Below are positions 1-9,735 of a DNA stretch of 64,000 nucleotides, piece by piece. Every line of letters starts with the position of its first letter. Position 1 is the stretch's first letter. The notes under the pieces are model-generated. The model was not told the origin of the DNA and ran no database searches. It was given only the letters and a program-made list of their open reading frames with translations. A program made the translations under genes and the position numbers. Origin of the DNA: Armatimonadota bacterium (GTDB lineage: Bacteria > Armatimonadota > SYMT01); NCBI GenBank assembly GCA_041690135.1, contig JAWLHY010000005.1:340106-404105 (forward strand). The letters run 5' to 3'.

Positions 1-320
1 GTGCGGTTTTCCACCTCGACGTGGGATTTGGCGCCACGAAGCCTGTGGGTTCCGCACCTGCTGGCAAAGGACCGTTCGGTACTGTGGACCAGGCCGGCGG
101 CGTGTTCGAGTGGTGTTCCGACTGGTACGCTTCCGGTTACTACGCCAGTAGCCCGCGAGAGAATCCTACCGGGCCGGAATCCGGAGAGATGCGAGTGATT
201 CGGGGCGGAGGCTGGCTGAGTCTCCCCGATGCCCTGGCCGCCTGGGCTCGCGAGAAGTACCCTCCCGAAAGCCGCAGTACTCTCATCGGCTTTCGGGTCG
301 CGCGCGATATTCCATCTTGA
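1..320 (+). CDS. Formylglycine-generating enzyme (FGE/SUMF1) domain protein, C-terminal fragment (5' end outside window)
   Basis: ORF 21..320 translation contains the C-terminal FGE-sulfatase signature ...FEWCSDWY..YYASSPRENPTGPESGEMRVIRGGGWLS...GFRVARD. There is no upstream start in the window, so the gene begins before position 1. Confidence 0.6.
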   Translation, partial: AVFHLDVGFGATKPVGSAPAGKGPFGTVDQAGGVFEWCSDWYASGYYASSPRENPTGPESGEMRVIRGGGWLSLPDALAAWAREKYPPESRSTLIGFRVARDIPS

Positions 321-365
321 GTTCCTCCTGCCCCCGGTCGAAGGATCCTCCAGGTAGGCCCTTCG

Positions 366-2387
366 GTGCCGCTGGGCAGGGTAGGAACACAGATGTCGAT
401 CAGTCGAGGCGAAACACCCCATTGGTTCGGGCCGGCGCTCTTCCGCGCGGTTCCGGAGATCCCTCCCCCACCGGCAGCCGCGGTCACCCCGCAAGCGCCG
501 GTGGCTCCCGGTGAGAACGGGGCTCGCAAACCCGGACGGGTGCCCGGGCGGCCGAATGTCGGCCACCTTCTGCTCAAGAACGGCATCATCAGCCAGGCAC
601 AACTCGATGAGGCGATCGCCACGCAGGCGGAGCGCGGCTGCCGCCTGGGCGAGGCGTTGGTGGGGCTCGACTTCTGCTCCGACGCGCAGATCGCGCAGGT
701 CCTGGCGGAGCAGTTGGAAATTCCATACATCGATCTCCATCAGCACCCGCCTTCCCCCGAATGCGTGGCCCTGATCTCCCGGGAGACGGCGCTGGAACAC
801 GGCGTGTTGCCGGTCCGTCTCGACGGCGACCGGTTGCTCGTCGCGGTGCGCGATCCCTACGACATCCGGGTAGACGAGGTCCTCCGGCGCGCCACGGACC
901 ACCAGATCGTACTGGGCGCCGCGCCGGAGAGCCAGATTCGCGACCTGCTGTACCAGTTCTACAGCGTCAATACGTTTGAGGAAGCCCGTACGACCATCGC
1001 CGACGCGGACCTGGACCTCGAGGACCCGTCGCAGAGCACCGTGGATCGCCTCCTGGTCGCTGGGGAGGACATGTCCGCCACTCGCGTCGTGAGCACCCTG
1101 ATTGCCGATGCCGTGCGACGCAATGCGAGCGATCTGCACATCGAACCAGACGAAACCCACGTCCGCGTCCGGTACCGGATCGACGGCAAGATGTGCTCTG
1201 TACTGACGCTGCCGACCTCCCTTCTGTCCAGCGTGGCGGCGCGCATCAAGATTGTGTGCTCGATGGATATCTCCGAGTCGCGCAAGCCCCAGGACGGAGG
1301 CTGTCGCGTGCGGGTACACGGGCAGAACATTGAGATCCGCGCGTCGACGCTCCCCGGAGTTTATGGCGAGATCGTGGTCCTTCGGCTTCAGACGCAGCAG
1401 GCACACCTCTTCAGCCTGGATGCGCTGGGGATGGATGAGCGGACCCTGCGCGACTTCCGCCGCCTGCTCAGCGTGCGACAGGGAATGATCCTGATCACCG
1501 GCCCGACCGGGTCCGGCAAGACCACCACCCTTTACGGGGCGCTCTCCCACCTCAACCGGGACGATGTCAACATTCTCACGGTCGAAGATCCGGTGGAGCG
1601 GAAGCTCCCGGGCCTGAACCAGGTGCAGGTGAACGATCGTGCGGGTCGATCCTTTGCGGCAACGCTCCGCTCGATGCTCCGCCAGGACCCGGACATCATC
1701 ATGCTGGGAGAGATTCGCGATCTGGAAACTGCCGACATCGCGTGTCGGGCCGCCCTTACCGGTCACCTCGTGCTCTCGACCTTGCACACGACCCACGCCG
1801 TGGGAACCCTGGCCCGGTTGCACGATATGGGGGTTCCCTCCTACATGCTCGCGGCGGCGCTCAACGGGGTCGTCGCGCAGCGTCTCGCGCGCCGCGTGTG
1901 CGAGAAATGCGCCGTGGAGTTTCGTCCTCCCTCCCGTATGCGTCGCGCGCTGGAGGCGCAGTTCGGTTCCCTGGAAGGAGCGCAATTCCGTAAAGGTCGA
2001 GGCTGCCCTTCGTGCCACCACCGTGGAACCCGCGGGCGAGTGGGAATTTACGAGTACGTGCTGGTGGATGAAGATTTGCGGACCTTGCTGGCGGAAGGGG
2101 TGGCGCCCAGCGAGTTGAGGAAGCGGCTCCGCGACCGGGGTTTCCGTTCCATGGAGGAGGATGCGTTCGAAAAGGCATGTCGCGGTATAATACCCCCCGA
2201 AGATGTGGTGAACCTGGGTCTGGCGTTGGTGCCGGCAGCGGATGAACCGGTGTCGCCCGGCGCTGTTGCGACGACGGATCTTCGCCAGCGGTCGTACCGG
2301 GTCTCCGGGGATCCCGGCCTCGCGGTTTCCGGAATGGAGCCGAGTTCACTGGTGGATGGCGGCCGGTTTGCCCCGATGGAAGCATGA
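366..2387 (+). CDS. Type II secretion / type IV pilus assembly ATPase (GspE/PilB family)
   Basis: N-terminal T2SE_N-like domain (LLLKNGIISQAQLDEAIATQAE...). Walker A GPTGSGKTTTLY. MLGEIRD and Asp/His boxes. C-terminal tetracysteine CEKC...CPSCHHRG zinc motif. Start may be 366 or 393. Confidence 0.85.
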   Translation: MPLGRVGTQMSISRGETPHWFGPALFRAVPEIPPPPAAAVTPQAPVAPGENGARKPGRVPGRPNVGHLLLKNGIISQAQLDEAIATQAERGCRLGEALVGLDFCSDAQIAQVLAEQLEIPYIDLHQHPPSPECVALISRETALEHGVLPVRLDGDRLLVAVRDPYDIRVDEVLRRATDHQIVLGAAPESQIRDLLYQFYSVNTFEEARTTIADADLDLEDPSQSTVDRLLVAGEDMSATRVVSTLIADAVRRNASDLHIEPDETHVRVRYRIDGKMCSVLTLPTSLLSSVAARIKIVCSMDISESRKPQDGGCRVRVHGQNIEIRASTLPGVYGEIVVLRLQTQQAHLFSLDALGMDERTLRDFRRLLSVRQGMILITGPTGSGKTTTLYGALSHLNRDDVNILTVEDPVERKLPGLNQVQVNDRAGRSFAATLRSMLRQDPDIIMLGEIRDLETADIACRAALTGHLVLSTLHTTHAVGTLARLHDMGVPSYMLAAALNGVVAQRLARRVCEKCAVEFRPPSRMRRALEAQFGSLEGAQFRKGRGCPSCHHRGTRGRVGIYEYVLVDEDLRTLLAEGVAPSELRKRLRDRGFRSMEEDAFEKACRGIIPPEDVVNLGLALVPAADEPVSPGAVATTDLRQRSYRVSGDPGLAVSGMEPSSLVDGGRFAPMEA

Positions 2388-2396
2388 GGACGGTAG

Positions 2397-2804
2397 ATGA
2401 TTCGCATCCTGTGCGTGGATGACGATCCGCTGATGCGGACCTATCTCGCTACCCGCCTGGCGATTGAGCCGGACATGAAGGTGGTGGGAGTGGTCGGCAG
2501 TGCCGCGGAGGCCATGGCTCACCTGGCTCGCGGCGAAGTGGACGTGGTCGTCCTCGATTACCAGATGGAAGGGATGACGGGTCTGGAGCTTCTCAAGGCG
2601 ATCGCCCCGCGCACCGAGAGTGAGCGGGACCTTCGCAATGCCATCCTGTTCTGCACGGGCTGGGCGGATGAAGTCTTCATGCAGGAAGCGCGAGCGCTCG
2701 GTGCGGCCGGCGTGGTGGCGAAAGAGCAGATGAGCACGGACCTCATCCCCGCCGTGCGCGCGGTTGCGGCCCACGGTACCTGGTTCAAAGAACTCGACGA
2801 CTAG
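2397..2804 (+). CDS. Single-domain response regulator (CheY-like receiver)
   Basis: MIRILCVDDDPLMR...VVVLDYQMEGMTGLELLKAI is a receiver fold with the phospho-acceptor Asp context. It starts 7 nt after the PilB-like stop. Confidence 0.8.
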   Translation: MIRILCVDDDPLMRTYLATRLAIEPDMKVVGVVGSAAEAMAHLARGEVDVVVLDYQMEGMTGLELLKAIAPRTESERDLRNAILFCTGWADEVFMQEARALGAAGVVAKEQMSTDLIPAVRAVAAHGTWFKELDD

Positions 2805-2846
2805 ATTCCTTCTTCCCTTGGATCGGCTGCAGTTGCACTGCGCTCC

Positions 2847-5800
2847 TTAGATTTCTGCCTCTCGCAACGCCATTTCGAGCGCTACCACCGGGTGCACGGC
2901 CTTTCGTCCCGTTGCATCGAGGATCTGGTGCCGGCAGCTCGTCCCCGGAGCCACGAGTAGCGTTTCCTCGCCTGTCTCACGCACCGCCGGGAAGAGGCTC
3001 ATCTCTCCGATTTGCAGCGAGAGTTCATAGTGCTCCTTCTCGTAACCGAAGGAGCCGGCCATCCCGCAGCAACTGGAGGCGATCGGCGTGACGGTGTAGC
3101 CTGGGACCATCCGCAGTGCCTCGAGTGATCGCTGCGTCCCCAGGACGGCTTTCTGGTGGCAATGGCCATGGTACAGCACTCGCCGATCCTGCACGCGAAA
3201 CGGCCACCCTTCCTCGCTGACTCCCTTCCTCCCCGCGGTTCGCTCTCCGGCTCCCGACTCGCCTTCTGCCTTCTGCCCACTGCCTTCTGCCTTCTGCGTT
3301 TCGCCTTCTGACTTCTGGCCCACAGCCCCGGCGCCCAGCCCCCGGCCATGCCGTTCGAAGAGGAAGTCCTCCAGCATCCAGGCGTTGGCCGCCACGTCAT
3401 CCGCGGATGCCCCCAGCCGGAACTCGCGGTACTCATCTCGATAGGTTACAAGGCAACTGGGCTCCAACCCGACCAGGGGGATGCCTCTCCTGGCGGCATC
3501 CGCCAGCGTGGCCACGTTGTGGACCGCGTTCTCACGCGCCTGGGCAAGCATTCCCTTGGAGATCATCGGCCGGCCGCAGCACCGCAGGGCCGGAACCTCG
3601 ACCCGGTAGCCGAAAGCCTCGAGCACCCGGACCGCTGCCTGGCCCACCTCCGGCTCGTAGTAGTTGGTGTACGTATCCGCCAGCAGCATGACGGATCCGT
3701 TCGCGCCGGCCCGCGAGGACGGCTGATGCAAGCGCCACCAGGCCATGAAAGTCTTCTCCGCAAACGGCGGGAGTGGGCGCCGGCGATCGATGCCGATCCA
3801 GCGGTCCATCAGGGAGCGCACCAGCGGCAGCTCCAGCAACCGATTGGCCAGTGGCGCGAGCGCCGACCCAAGCCGACCGGCCTGCGCGGCCTGGGCGAAC
3901 ACCTGCGCGCGGAGCGGCGTGCCGTGGCGCGCGTGGTAGTGGGCCAGGAACTCGTATTTGAGCTTCGCCATGTCCACGTTGGAAGGGCACTCGCTCTTGC
4001 AAGCCTTGCATTCGAGACAGAGGTCGAGCGCCTGGTGGATGCGCGGGTCGGCCAGGTCCGGTTCGCCGGCCTGTCCGGAGAGGACCATCCGGAGCACGTT
4101 GGCCCGGCCCCGGGTGGAGTGCTCTTCTTCCAGGGTGGCGCGGTAGGAGGGACACATTGCCCCATCCAGCTTCTTGCGGCAAGCTCCCACCCCGCTGCAC
4201 ATCTCCACCGCACCCGCAAAACCATGGTCGCGGCTGAAATCGAGGGTGGTTTCCACATGCGCCATGCGGTAACTCGCCTCGCCGCCGCCCAGTACCCGTA
4301 GGTGCGTGTGCATGGGAGGTGCGTCCACGATCTTGCCGGGGTTCAGCAGGCCCTGGGGATCGAAGGCTCGCTTGACTTCGCGGAACGCCTCGTAGACCTC
4401 CGGCCCGAACATCTTTTGCTGCCACTCGGACCGGGCGAGGCCATCGCCGTGCTCGGCGCTGATGGTCCCTCCATACCGCAGCACCAGGTCGGCGACTCCT
4501 TCCGAAATCGCGCGCATGCGGTCCCGGTCCGCGGGCTCCTTGAGGTTGAGAATCGGTCGCACGTGGAGACAGCCCACGCTGGCATGGGCGTAGTAGCAGG
4601 CGGTCAAACCGTGCCCGGCGAGCAGGTCGCGGAAGTCACGGATATAAGCGGCCAGCCCCTCCACCGGCACCGCCGTGTCCTCCACGAACCCGGCCGGCTT
4701 GGCGTCGCCCTTCATCCCCATGAGCAGGCCCAGGCCCCCTTTGCGGATGTCCCACACGTCTTTCTGCCGGGCGGGGTCGGAGAACAGGTGGTGCGCGTGA
4801 CCCACGCCGGACGTTTCCAGCTCGCGCTGCAGTTCCCGGAGGCCGTCCACGGCTTCCTCGGGGGTTTCGCCGAACCCTTCGATTACGAGCAGCGCCTCCG
4901 GATCGCCCTGGAGGAAGGTACGCGCCTTGACCAGTTCCCGGTTGTCGCGGGTGAGATCCAGGATGATCCGGTCGATCAACTCCACGGAAGCCGGGGCGAA
5001 CTCCACGATCCGCGGAACGGCTTCGAGGGCCGCGAGCAGGTCGCGGAACTGGACCACCAGCAGCGCCGTGGCGCGCGGCCGCGGGACCAGGTTCAGCTTG
5101 GCCTCGGTAACGATACCGAGCGTGCCCTCCGACCCGACCATGAGATGCGCCAGGTTGTAACGGCCGTGGCGCACGATCTCGTCGAGGTTGTAACCCCCGA
5201 CGCGCCGCATGATGCGGGGGAAGTGGCGTTCGATGGCTTCCCGGTGATTGCGGCAAATGTTCCAGATCTCCCGGTAGATCCGCCCTTCCAGCGTGTCCGC
5301 CTCTCCGCGCCGCTGCCATTCCTCCGGTGGCACCGCGTGGAAGTGCGCCCGGGAGGCATCCGAAAGAACCACCTGCTGTTCCAGCACGTGGTCGATCGTC
5401 TTGCCGTAGCGGATGGACCGGGCACCGCAGGAGTTGTTGCCCATCATGCCGCCGATACTGGCGCGGTTGCTGGTCGCTACGTCGGGCGCGAACATCAGGC
5501 CATGAGGCCGCAGGAGGGCGTTCAGCTCATCCAGGATGACGCCGGGTTGTACCCGCACCCAGCGCTCCTCGGCGTTCACCTCCAGCACCGCGTGCATGTA
5601 CTTGGTGAAATCCAGCACCAGCGCTGTGCCCACGGTCTGTCCCGCCAGGCTGGTCCCGCTTCCCCGTGGGAGCAAGGGGACGCCGTGGGTGGCCGCAATC
5701 CGCATCGATTCCACCACGTCCTGGGCGTCCCGGGGGCAGATGACCCCTACCGGCATCATCTGGTAGATGCTTGCATCGGTGGCATACATGAGCCGCGAGA

Positions 5801-5927
5801 CGTCGTCGAACCGCACCTCGCCGCGGATCCGGCTCTGGAGATCTGCCTCCAGTGGCTGTCTTTGGTTCGGCCGGCTCACCGTCCCCACTCCCCCCTGTAC
5901 GCCCATCGGCTGTAAGGCCTCTCCCAT
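2847..5927 (-). CDS. FAD-linked oxidase fused to 4Fe-4S and CCG domains (YdiJ-like; D-2-hydroxyacid / glycolate-oxidase-type dehydrogenase), paralog 1
   Basis: 1026 aa. N-terminal FAD-binding PCMH domain (GSGTSLAGQ). Central CLECKACKSECP ferredoxin motif. C-terminal CCG repeats (CCG...). Same architecture as the ORF at 41678..44923. Contains an EG/QK-rich insertion absent from the paralog. Confidence 0.85.
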   Translation of the reverse strand: MGEALQPMGVQGGVGTVSRPNQRQPLEADLQSRIRGEVRFDDVSRLMYATDASIYQMMPVGVICPRDAQDVVESMRIAATHGVPLLPRGSGTSLAGQTVGTALVLDFTKYMHAVLEVNAEERWVRVQPGVILDELNALLRPHGLMFAPDVATSNRASIGGMMGNNSCGARSIRYGKTIDHVLEQQVVLSDASRAHFHAVPPEEWQRRGEADTLEGRIYREIWNICRNHREAIERHFPRIMRRVGGYNLDEIVRHGRYNLAHLMVGSEGTLGIVTEAKLNLVPRPRATALLVVQFRDLLAALEAVPRIVEFAPASVELIDRIILDLTRDNRELVKARTFLQGDPEALLVIEGFGETPEEAVDGLRELQRELETSGVGHAHHLFSDPARQKDVWDIRKGGLGLLMGMKGDAKPAGFVEDTAVPVEGLAAYIRDFRDLLAGHGLTACYYAHASVGCLHVRPILNLKEPADRDRMRAISEGVADLVLRYGGTISAEHGDGLARSEWQQKMFGPEVYEAFREVKRAFDPQGLLNPGKIVDAPPMHTHLRVLGGGEASYRMAHVETTLDFSRDHGFAGAVEMCSGVGACRKKLDGAMCPSYRATLEEEHSTRGRANVLRMVLSGQAGEPDLADPRIHQALDLCLECKACKSECPSNVDMAKLKYEFLAHYHARHGTPLRAQVFAQAAQAGRLGSALAPLANRLLELPLVRSLMDRWIGIDRRRPLPPFAEKTFMAWWRLHQPSSRAGANGSVMLLADTYTNYYEPEVGQAAVRVLEAFGYRVEVPALRCCGRPMISKGMLAQARENAVHNVATLADAARRGIPLVGLEPSCLVTYRDEYREFRLGASADDVAANAWMLEDFLFERHGRGLGAGAVGQKSEGETQKAEGSGQKAEGESGAGERTAGRKGVSEEGWPFRVQDRRVLYHGHCHQKAVLGTQRSLEALRMVPGYTVTPIASSCCGMAGSFGYEKEHYELSLQIGEMSLFPAVRETGEETLLVAPGTSCRHQILDATGRKAVHPVVALEMALREAEI

Positions 5928-6124
5928 ACCTCAAGCTCTCCTACCGGTTCCGGCCGGCTCCAACCTGCCACTCCCTACCAGTCCAGCAAACCGGGTCCCC
6001 CACCGGGTCCCGGCCGCATGCCCGTTCGCCCGGTTGGGGTTTCCTGTGCCGTGTACCGGGTAAAGGCATAGCAAACGCACTTTCCAGGCCTTCCGGTCCT
6101 GTCACGATACGGAGGAAGTCTGCT

Positions 6125-7054
6125 ATGCTGTACCGCGCGCACTCCGCCCGCGCCGTCCTGGCCATCGCCCTGTTTCTGCTCGGTTCCTTCGCGTTGTTCG
6201 CCTCGCCGCGCGTGGAAGCGCAGATCGATCCGGTCCCCCGCCAGGCGCCCGACTTCGTTCCCCCCGAACTGTTCGAAGGCTTCGAGCCGCTCTTCCCCGG
6301 TCCTTCCGGCCTATCCCCTCTCGGACGGTTTCTGGTGGTTCAGGACGTCCGCGGGTTGCGGATCGTACGGGTGGCGAACGGCGAGACCGTGTTTCGCGAG
6401 GCCGCTCCGGAGCGCGCAGAGATCGGCTTCGACTTCTTCGACCGGCGTGCGTACCTTATCGAGAACCAACGCCAGACTTATCGCTTCCGCTTCATCGACC
6501 CGAGCACGGGCTTTGTACTCCTCGACCTGCGCCTGACCGAACGACCGGAAATTCGTCTGAACGTCGACGGTAGTCTCAACGTGCTGCTCCGTCGTTACCG
6601 AAACCGCACTCAAGCCCTGGTATTCAACGGCGCCGGCCTGGTTACCTACCGAAGGTTCAGCACCGGCAGTTTCCAGATCGGCATCAATTTGTTCGCTCCC
6701 GTGGTTGCGTTGGTGGATCGGCGGGCCGGTTCCCGCGCGGAGATCGTTGTGGTCAACGCGGACCTGGGTCGTATTACCTACCGCACATCCACCAGCGACC
6801 AGTTCGAGGCAGGTTTCGAACCGTTCGGGCCCGCTTTCGTGTTTGCGCGTGCCACCAGCCCATCCAGTTTCCGCGTGCGGATGGTCAACGGCCTGAATGG
6901 GCGGTTCCTGACAAACCGAACGTTTTTCGGCCCTCTGAACGCGGGCTTCACTCCCGATTCTACGTTCCTGGGGGTGAAGAGCCGTTCCGGATTCTCCGAC
7001 CGGGTCTACCTTTTCCAGACCGCGACGGGGCGCATCGTGTTTCTCGGCCGCTGA
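6125..7054 (+). CDS. Secreted hypothetical protein (signal peptide)
   Basis: Internal ATG at 6125 preceded by GGAGGAAG. N-terminus MLYRAHSARAVLAIALFLLGSFALFASPRVEAQ is a typical Sec signal. The listed longer ORF from 5852 overlaps the divergent upstream region and is less plausible. Confidence 0.6.
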   Translation: MLYRAHSARAVLAIALFLLGSFALFASPRVEAQIDPVPRQAPDFVPPELFEGFEPLFPGPSGLSPLGRFLVVQDVRGLRIVRVANGETVFREAAPERAEIGFDFFDRRAYLIENQRQTYRFRFIDPSTGFVLLDLRLTERPEIRLNVDGSLNVLLRRYRNRTQALVFNGAGLVTYRRFSTGSFQIGINLFAPVVALVDRRAGSRAEIVVVNADLGRITYRTSTSDQFEAGFEPFGPAFVFARATSPSSFRVRMVNGLNGRFLTNRTFFGPLNAGFTPDSTFLGVKSRSGFSDRVYLFQTATGRIVFLGR

Positions 7055-7364
7055 ACACGAAAATCACTCTAAGGATCGCGTGCCGCACAACCACAATTGT
7101 CGTAATTAATTAACGGAGAGAAAACGGGTCCCCCACCCGTCGGGGTGGAGTGACTTGAAAGAAACCGGCACGCCACTGGCCCTGACAATCAGGAAACACG
7201 TCGCAGTTTGACGTCGACAGGCTTTCGCCGTGGCGCCAACGCTCCCCCGAACGTGGGTGATTCCGGCGGGATGCTGGTTTCAGCAACTCACCGGAGGGGC
7301 AAGCCACAGCGAAGGGCCAGCTCGGATCTCGCTCTTGGGCGGATCCGGAGGGGAACACTGTAAG

Positions 7365-7664
7365 ATGCAAATCTCAACCGAGCAAATAGATGCGATCAAG
7401 AGGACCGTCTCCCAGCCTCGCACGGAGGCCGCAAAAGCCCCGGCAGGCAATGTCGCGGAACTTGCGGCGGCCTACGGCGTGAAGATGGACGAAGTCCGCC
7501 GGTTTACGGAAATGACGCTGGCGGCGGAAGACGATCCGTTTCGCGCGCGCCGTCTCCGGGAAATCGCCCGCAAGGTTCAGGACGGCTCCTACCAGGTGGA
7601 CGCGGACGCCATCGTCGACATGGCAGAGCGCCGCGCGATCGCGGACCGTGCCGCGGATCTCTGA
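7365..7664 (+). CDS. flgM: FlgM-like anti-sigma-28 factor
   Basis: 100-aa product. C-terminus EIARKVQDGSYQVDADAIVDMAER matches the FlgM family C-terminal helix (xAIxxGxYxVDxxxIAD). ATG at 7365 is preceded by GGAGGGGAAC. The long ORF from 7230 has a non-protein-like N-terminus. Confidence 0.6.
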   Translation: MQISTEQIDAIKRTVSQPRTEAAKAPAGNVAELAAAYGVKMDEVRRFTEMTLAAEDDPFRARRLREIARKVQDGSYQVDADAIVDMAERRAIADRAADL

Positions 7665-7909
7665 TCCCGTTGGTCACCTCGCCTCCGTGATGATGCGGGA
7701 GCGGTGAGGCCGATATTGGGGTATTTGACCTCGCATACCACCCGCCGGACTCCGGTCCGGCGGTGAACATACCGGCGGGAAGGCCAAATGGCCTTCCCGT
7801 TTTGCATGGCTGAGACGGCCGGCGGATGATTTGCCGAGGCAGCCGACTCCTATCCGGGTCGCATTCCCGCCGACAAGGTGAGTGACACTCGAACTGGCAG
7901 TGAGGTCGG

Positions 7910-8953
7910 ATGGAAGGCACAAAACCACAGAGCGGACCTGACAGCAGGTATAGAAGATTCTTCAACGGAGCCCTCATTGCGGTGGTGTGGCTCACCGCGG
8001 GGGGATGGCTGCTCAAGGATCGTCTCCAGCCGCGGTTCGTGCTCGTCGATTCCCGCCTCGACCTGGGCCGGGTGAATGCCGGAGCCTCCGCAGAAGCCCG
8101 GTTCCGGGTGGAGAACCGCGGCCTGGCGCCTCTCCGCATCCACCAGGTCGTGGGGAGCTGCGGCTGCCTCACGCCCGAATATCCCGAGTCCATTCCTCCC
8201 TTCGGGAACGCGGAGATCCGCACCCGCTTCGAGCCGCTTCCCCAGTGGAACGGGCCGATGGACAAGGTGCTTACGATCCGCACCAGCGACCCTGCCCACC
8301 GGGAAGTGCAGGCGCATCTGCTCGCGAATGTGCAGGGCCTGGTCCGCCGCGAGCCCCCTGACTTGCCCCCGGTTGCCTATCGCTATGGTGAGACGCGACG
8401 TGAGCAGATTCGGCTCACTCCGCGGCCCGGGAGCGGAGTTCGGCTCACCGGCGCCACTTCCGATGCCGCCTTCATCCGGCCCCGCCTGATTCCCCCGGTC
8501 GCTGGCAAACCGGACGGCGCATCCACCCTGGAGGTGACCGTCGGCCCCTGCAACATGGTGGGTGACTTCAGCCTCCCGGTCCGCGTGACCACTACCGATC
8601 CGCAGATCCCGCACATGGACGTGATGGTGATGGGCATGGCGGCTTCCGGCCCGGTCCTTAACCCCATCCGGATCTTCATGTCCACCGTCCGCCCCGGCAA
8701 CCCCGGCGACGAGATCGTCCAGGCTCGCGTCTTCACCCGCGAGGGTAAGTTGCGGGTACTGGACGCACGCACCACCCTCCCTACCCTCAAGGTGCGAATT
8801 GTTGAAGACGAGCCCGGCCGCACCTTCCTGCTGAACCTCTTCCAGACCGAAACACTCAAGTCGGGTCCCCACGAAGGCCGCCTTATCGTCGAAACCGACG
8901 CCCCCGGCCCCGGCAAGACGCTCTCCGTCCCTATTCACCTCACCGTGAAATAG
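7910..8953 (+). CDS. DUF1573 domain-containing protein (membrane-anchored)
   Basis: N-terminal TM helix (ALIAVVWLTAGGWLL) followed by the DUF1573 hallmark ...RFRVENRGLAPLRIHQVVGSCGCLTPEY. This family is abundant in Planctomycetota and Bacteroidota. Confidence 0.7.
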   Translation: MEGTKPQSGPDSRYRRFFNGALIAVVWLTAGGWLLKDRLQPRFVLVDSRLDLGRVNAGASAEARFRVENRGLAPLRIHQVVGSCGCLTPEYPESIPPFGNAEIRTRFEPLPQWNGPMDKVLTIRTSDPAHREVQAHLLANVQGLVRREPPDLPPVAYRYGETRREQIRLTPRPGSGVRLTGATSDAAFIRPRLIPPVAGKPDGASTLEVTVGPCNMVGDFSLPVRVTTTDPQIPHMDVMVMGMAASGPVLNPIRIFMSTVRPGNPGDEIVQARVFTREGKLRVLDARTTLPTLKVRIVEDEPGRTFLLNLFQTETLKSGPHEGRLIVETDAPGPGKTLSVPIHLTVK

Positions 8954-9123
8954 GTGGTGGCGTGGTGAGGGGTGAAGTGTGAGGAGAGAGGTGCGAGGTG
9001 ATGAAAGGGGTGAAGGGCGGAGGTGCGAGGTTCGAAGGCGGTGCAACGATCTAACCGGTCTCGCAATGACGATCTAAAGCGTCGGGAAGCATAGACGTCG
9101 CTCTTGTAAGCACTTGATCCGTG

Positions 9124-9735
9124 CTATTCGCTTCGGGGCCGGCGCAGTTCCCACAACTGGACCTCTCCCAGATCCCGCATCTGGACCCGCCAGCCGGAGC
9201 GTTCGGCGAGGACGAAGAAGTCGAGGCTCATGGGGCGGCCAGGGTCGGCGATCAGGGCCGCGCCTTCCGGGGCCACGGCCTGGTTCAGCACTTCCAGCAG
9301 GGGGGCATGCGAGGCGCGTTCGTAGGCCAGGTCGCTCCCCAGGACCAGGGGCCAGGGTTCCCGGAAAGGCCACTGGTGCCAGTCGGCGGCGACATGCCGC
9401 ACGTCGGTGAGACCGTTCCGGCGGGAGTTCGCGCGGGCCGCCGCCACCGCTTCGGGAAAGAGATCCGTTTGCGTGACCTTCGCCCCCATCGCCGCCGCCG
9501 CCAGTCCGGCCAGACCGACTCCACAGCCCAGTTCCAATACGCGGGTACCCCTCCAGTCGTCCCGTTCGACGATCCACCGGGCCAGGGCCGGCGCTGCGTC
9601 CCACACCACCGCCCAGAAGGGGATGCGGTCCGGATCGGTCCTGTCCGTCACCAGGCGGTCCAGGCTTGGAGCGGCCGCGATTTCGAGGTTCACCTCGCGA
9701 TGATTGAAGTCATAAGGCTCGGTTGAAAACTCCAT
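9124..9735 (-). CDS. Class I SAM-dependent methyltransferase (protein-lysine / small-domain MTase-like)
   Basis: Motif I VLELGCGVGLAGLAAAAMGAKVTQTD and downstream acidic motif LVLGSDLAY. The overlapping ORF 9074..9604 in another frame lacks motifs. Confidence 0.7.
   Translation of the reverse strand: MEFSTEPYDFNHREVNLEIAAAPSLDRLVTDRTDPDRIPFWAVVWDAAPALARWIVERDDWRGTRVLELGCGVGLAGLAAAAMGAKVTQTDLFPEAVAAARANSRRNGLTDVRHVAADWHQWPFREPWPLVLGSDLAYERASHAPLLEVLNQAVAPEGAALIADPGRPMSLDFFVLAERSGWRVQMRDLGEVQLWELRRPRSE

Noticed and set aside
5852-6124. N-terminal extension of the secreted-protein ORF (track start 5852)
   Set aside because: The extension overlaps the divergent gene's 5' region and is Pro/Ser/Arg-rich non-protein-like. 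The internal ATG 6125 has a good RBS and gives a canonical signal peptide.
7504-9046. Several 250-400-aa ORFs on the minus strand (7504..8283, 7850..9046, 8383..8916)
   Set aside because: They overlap the plus-strand DUF1573 gene, which has a recognisable conserved motif and TM anchor. They have low-complexity R/G/P-rich translations.
9074-9604. 176-aa minus-strand ORF
   Set aside because: Overlaps the methyltransferase gene (9124..9735) on the same strand in another frame. It has no motifs and an R/G/P-rich translation.
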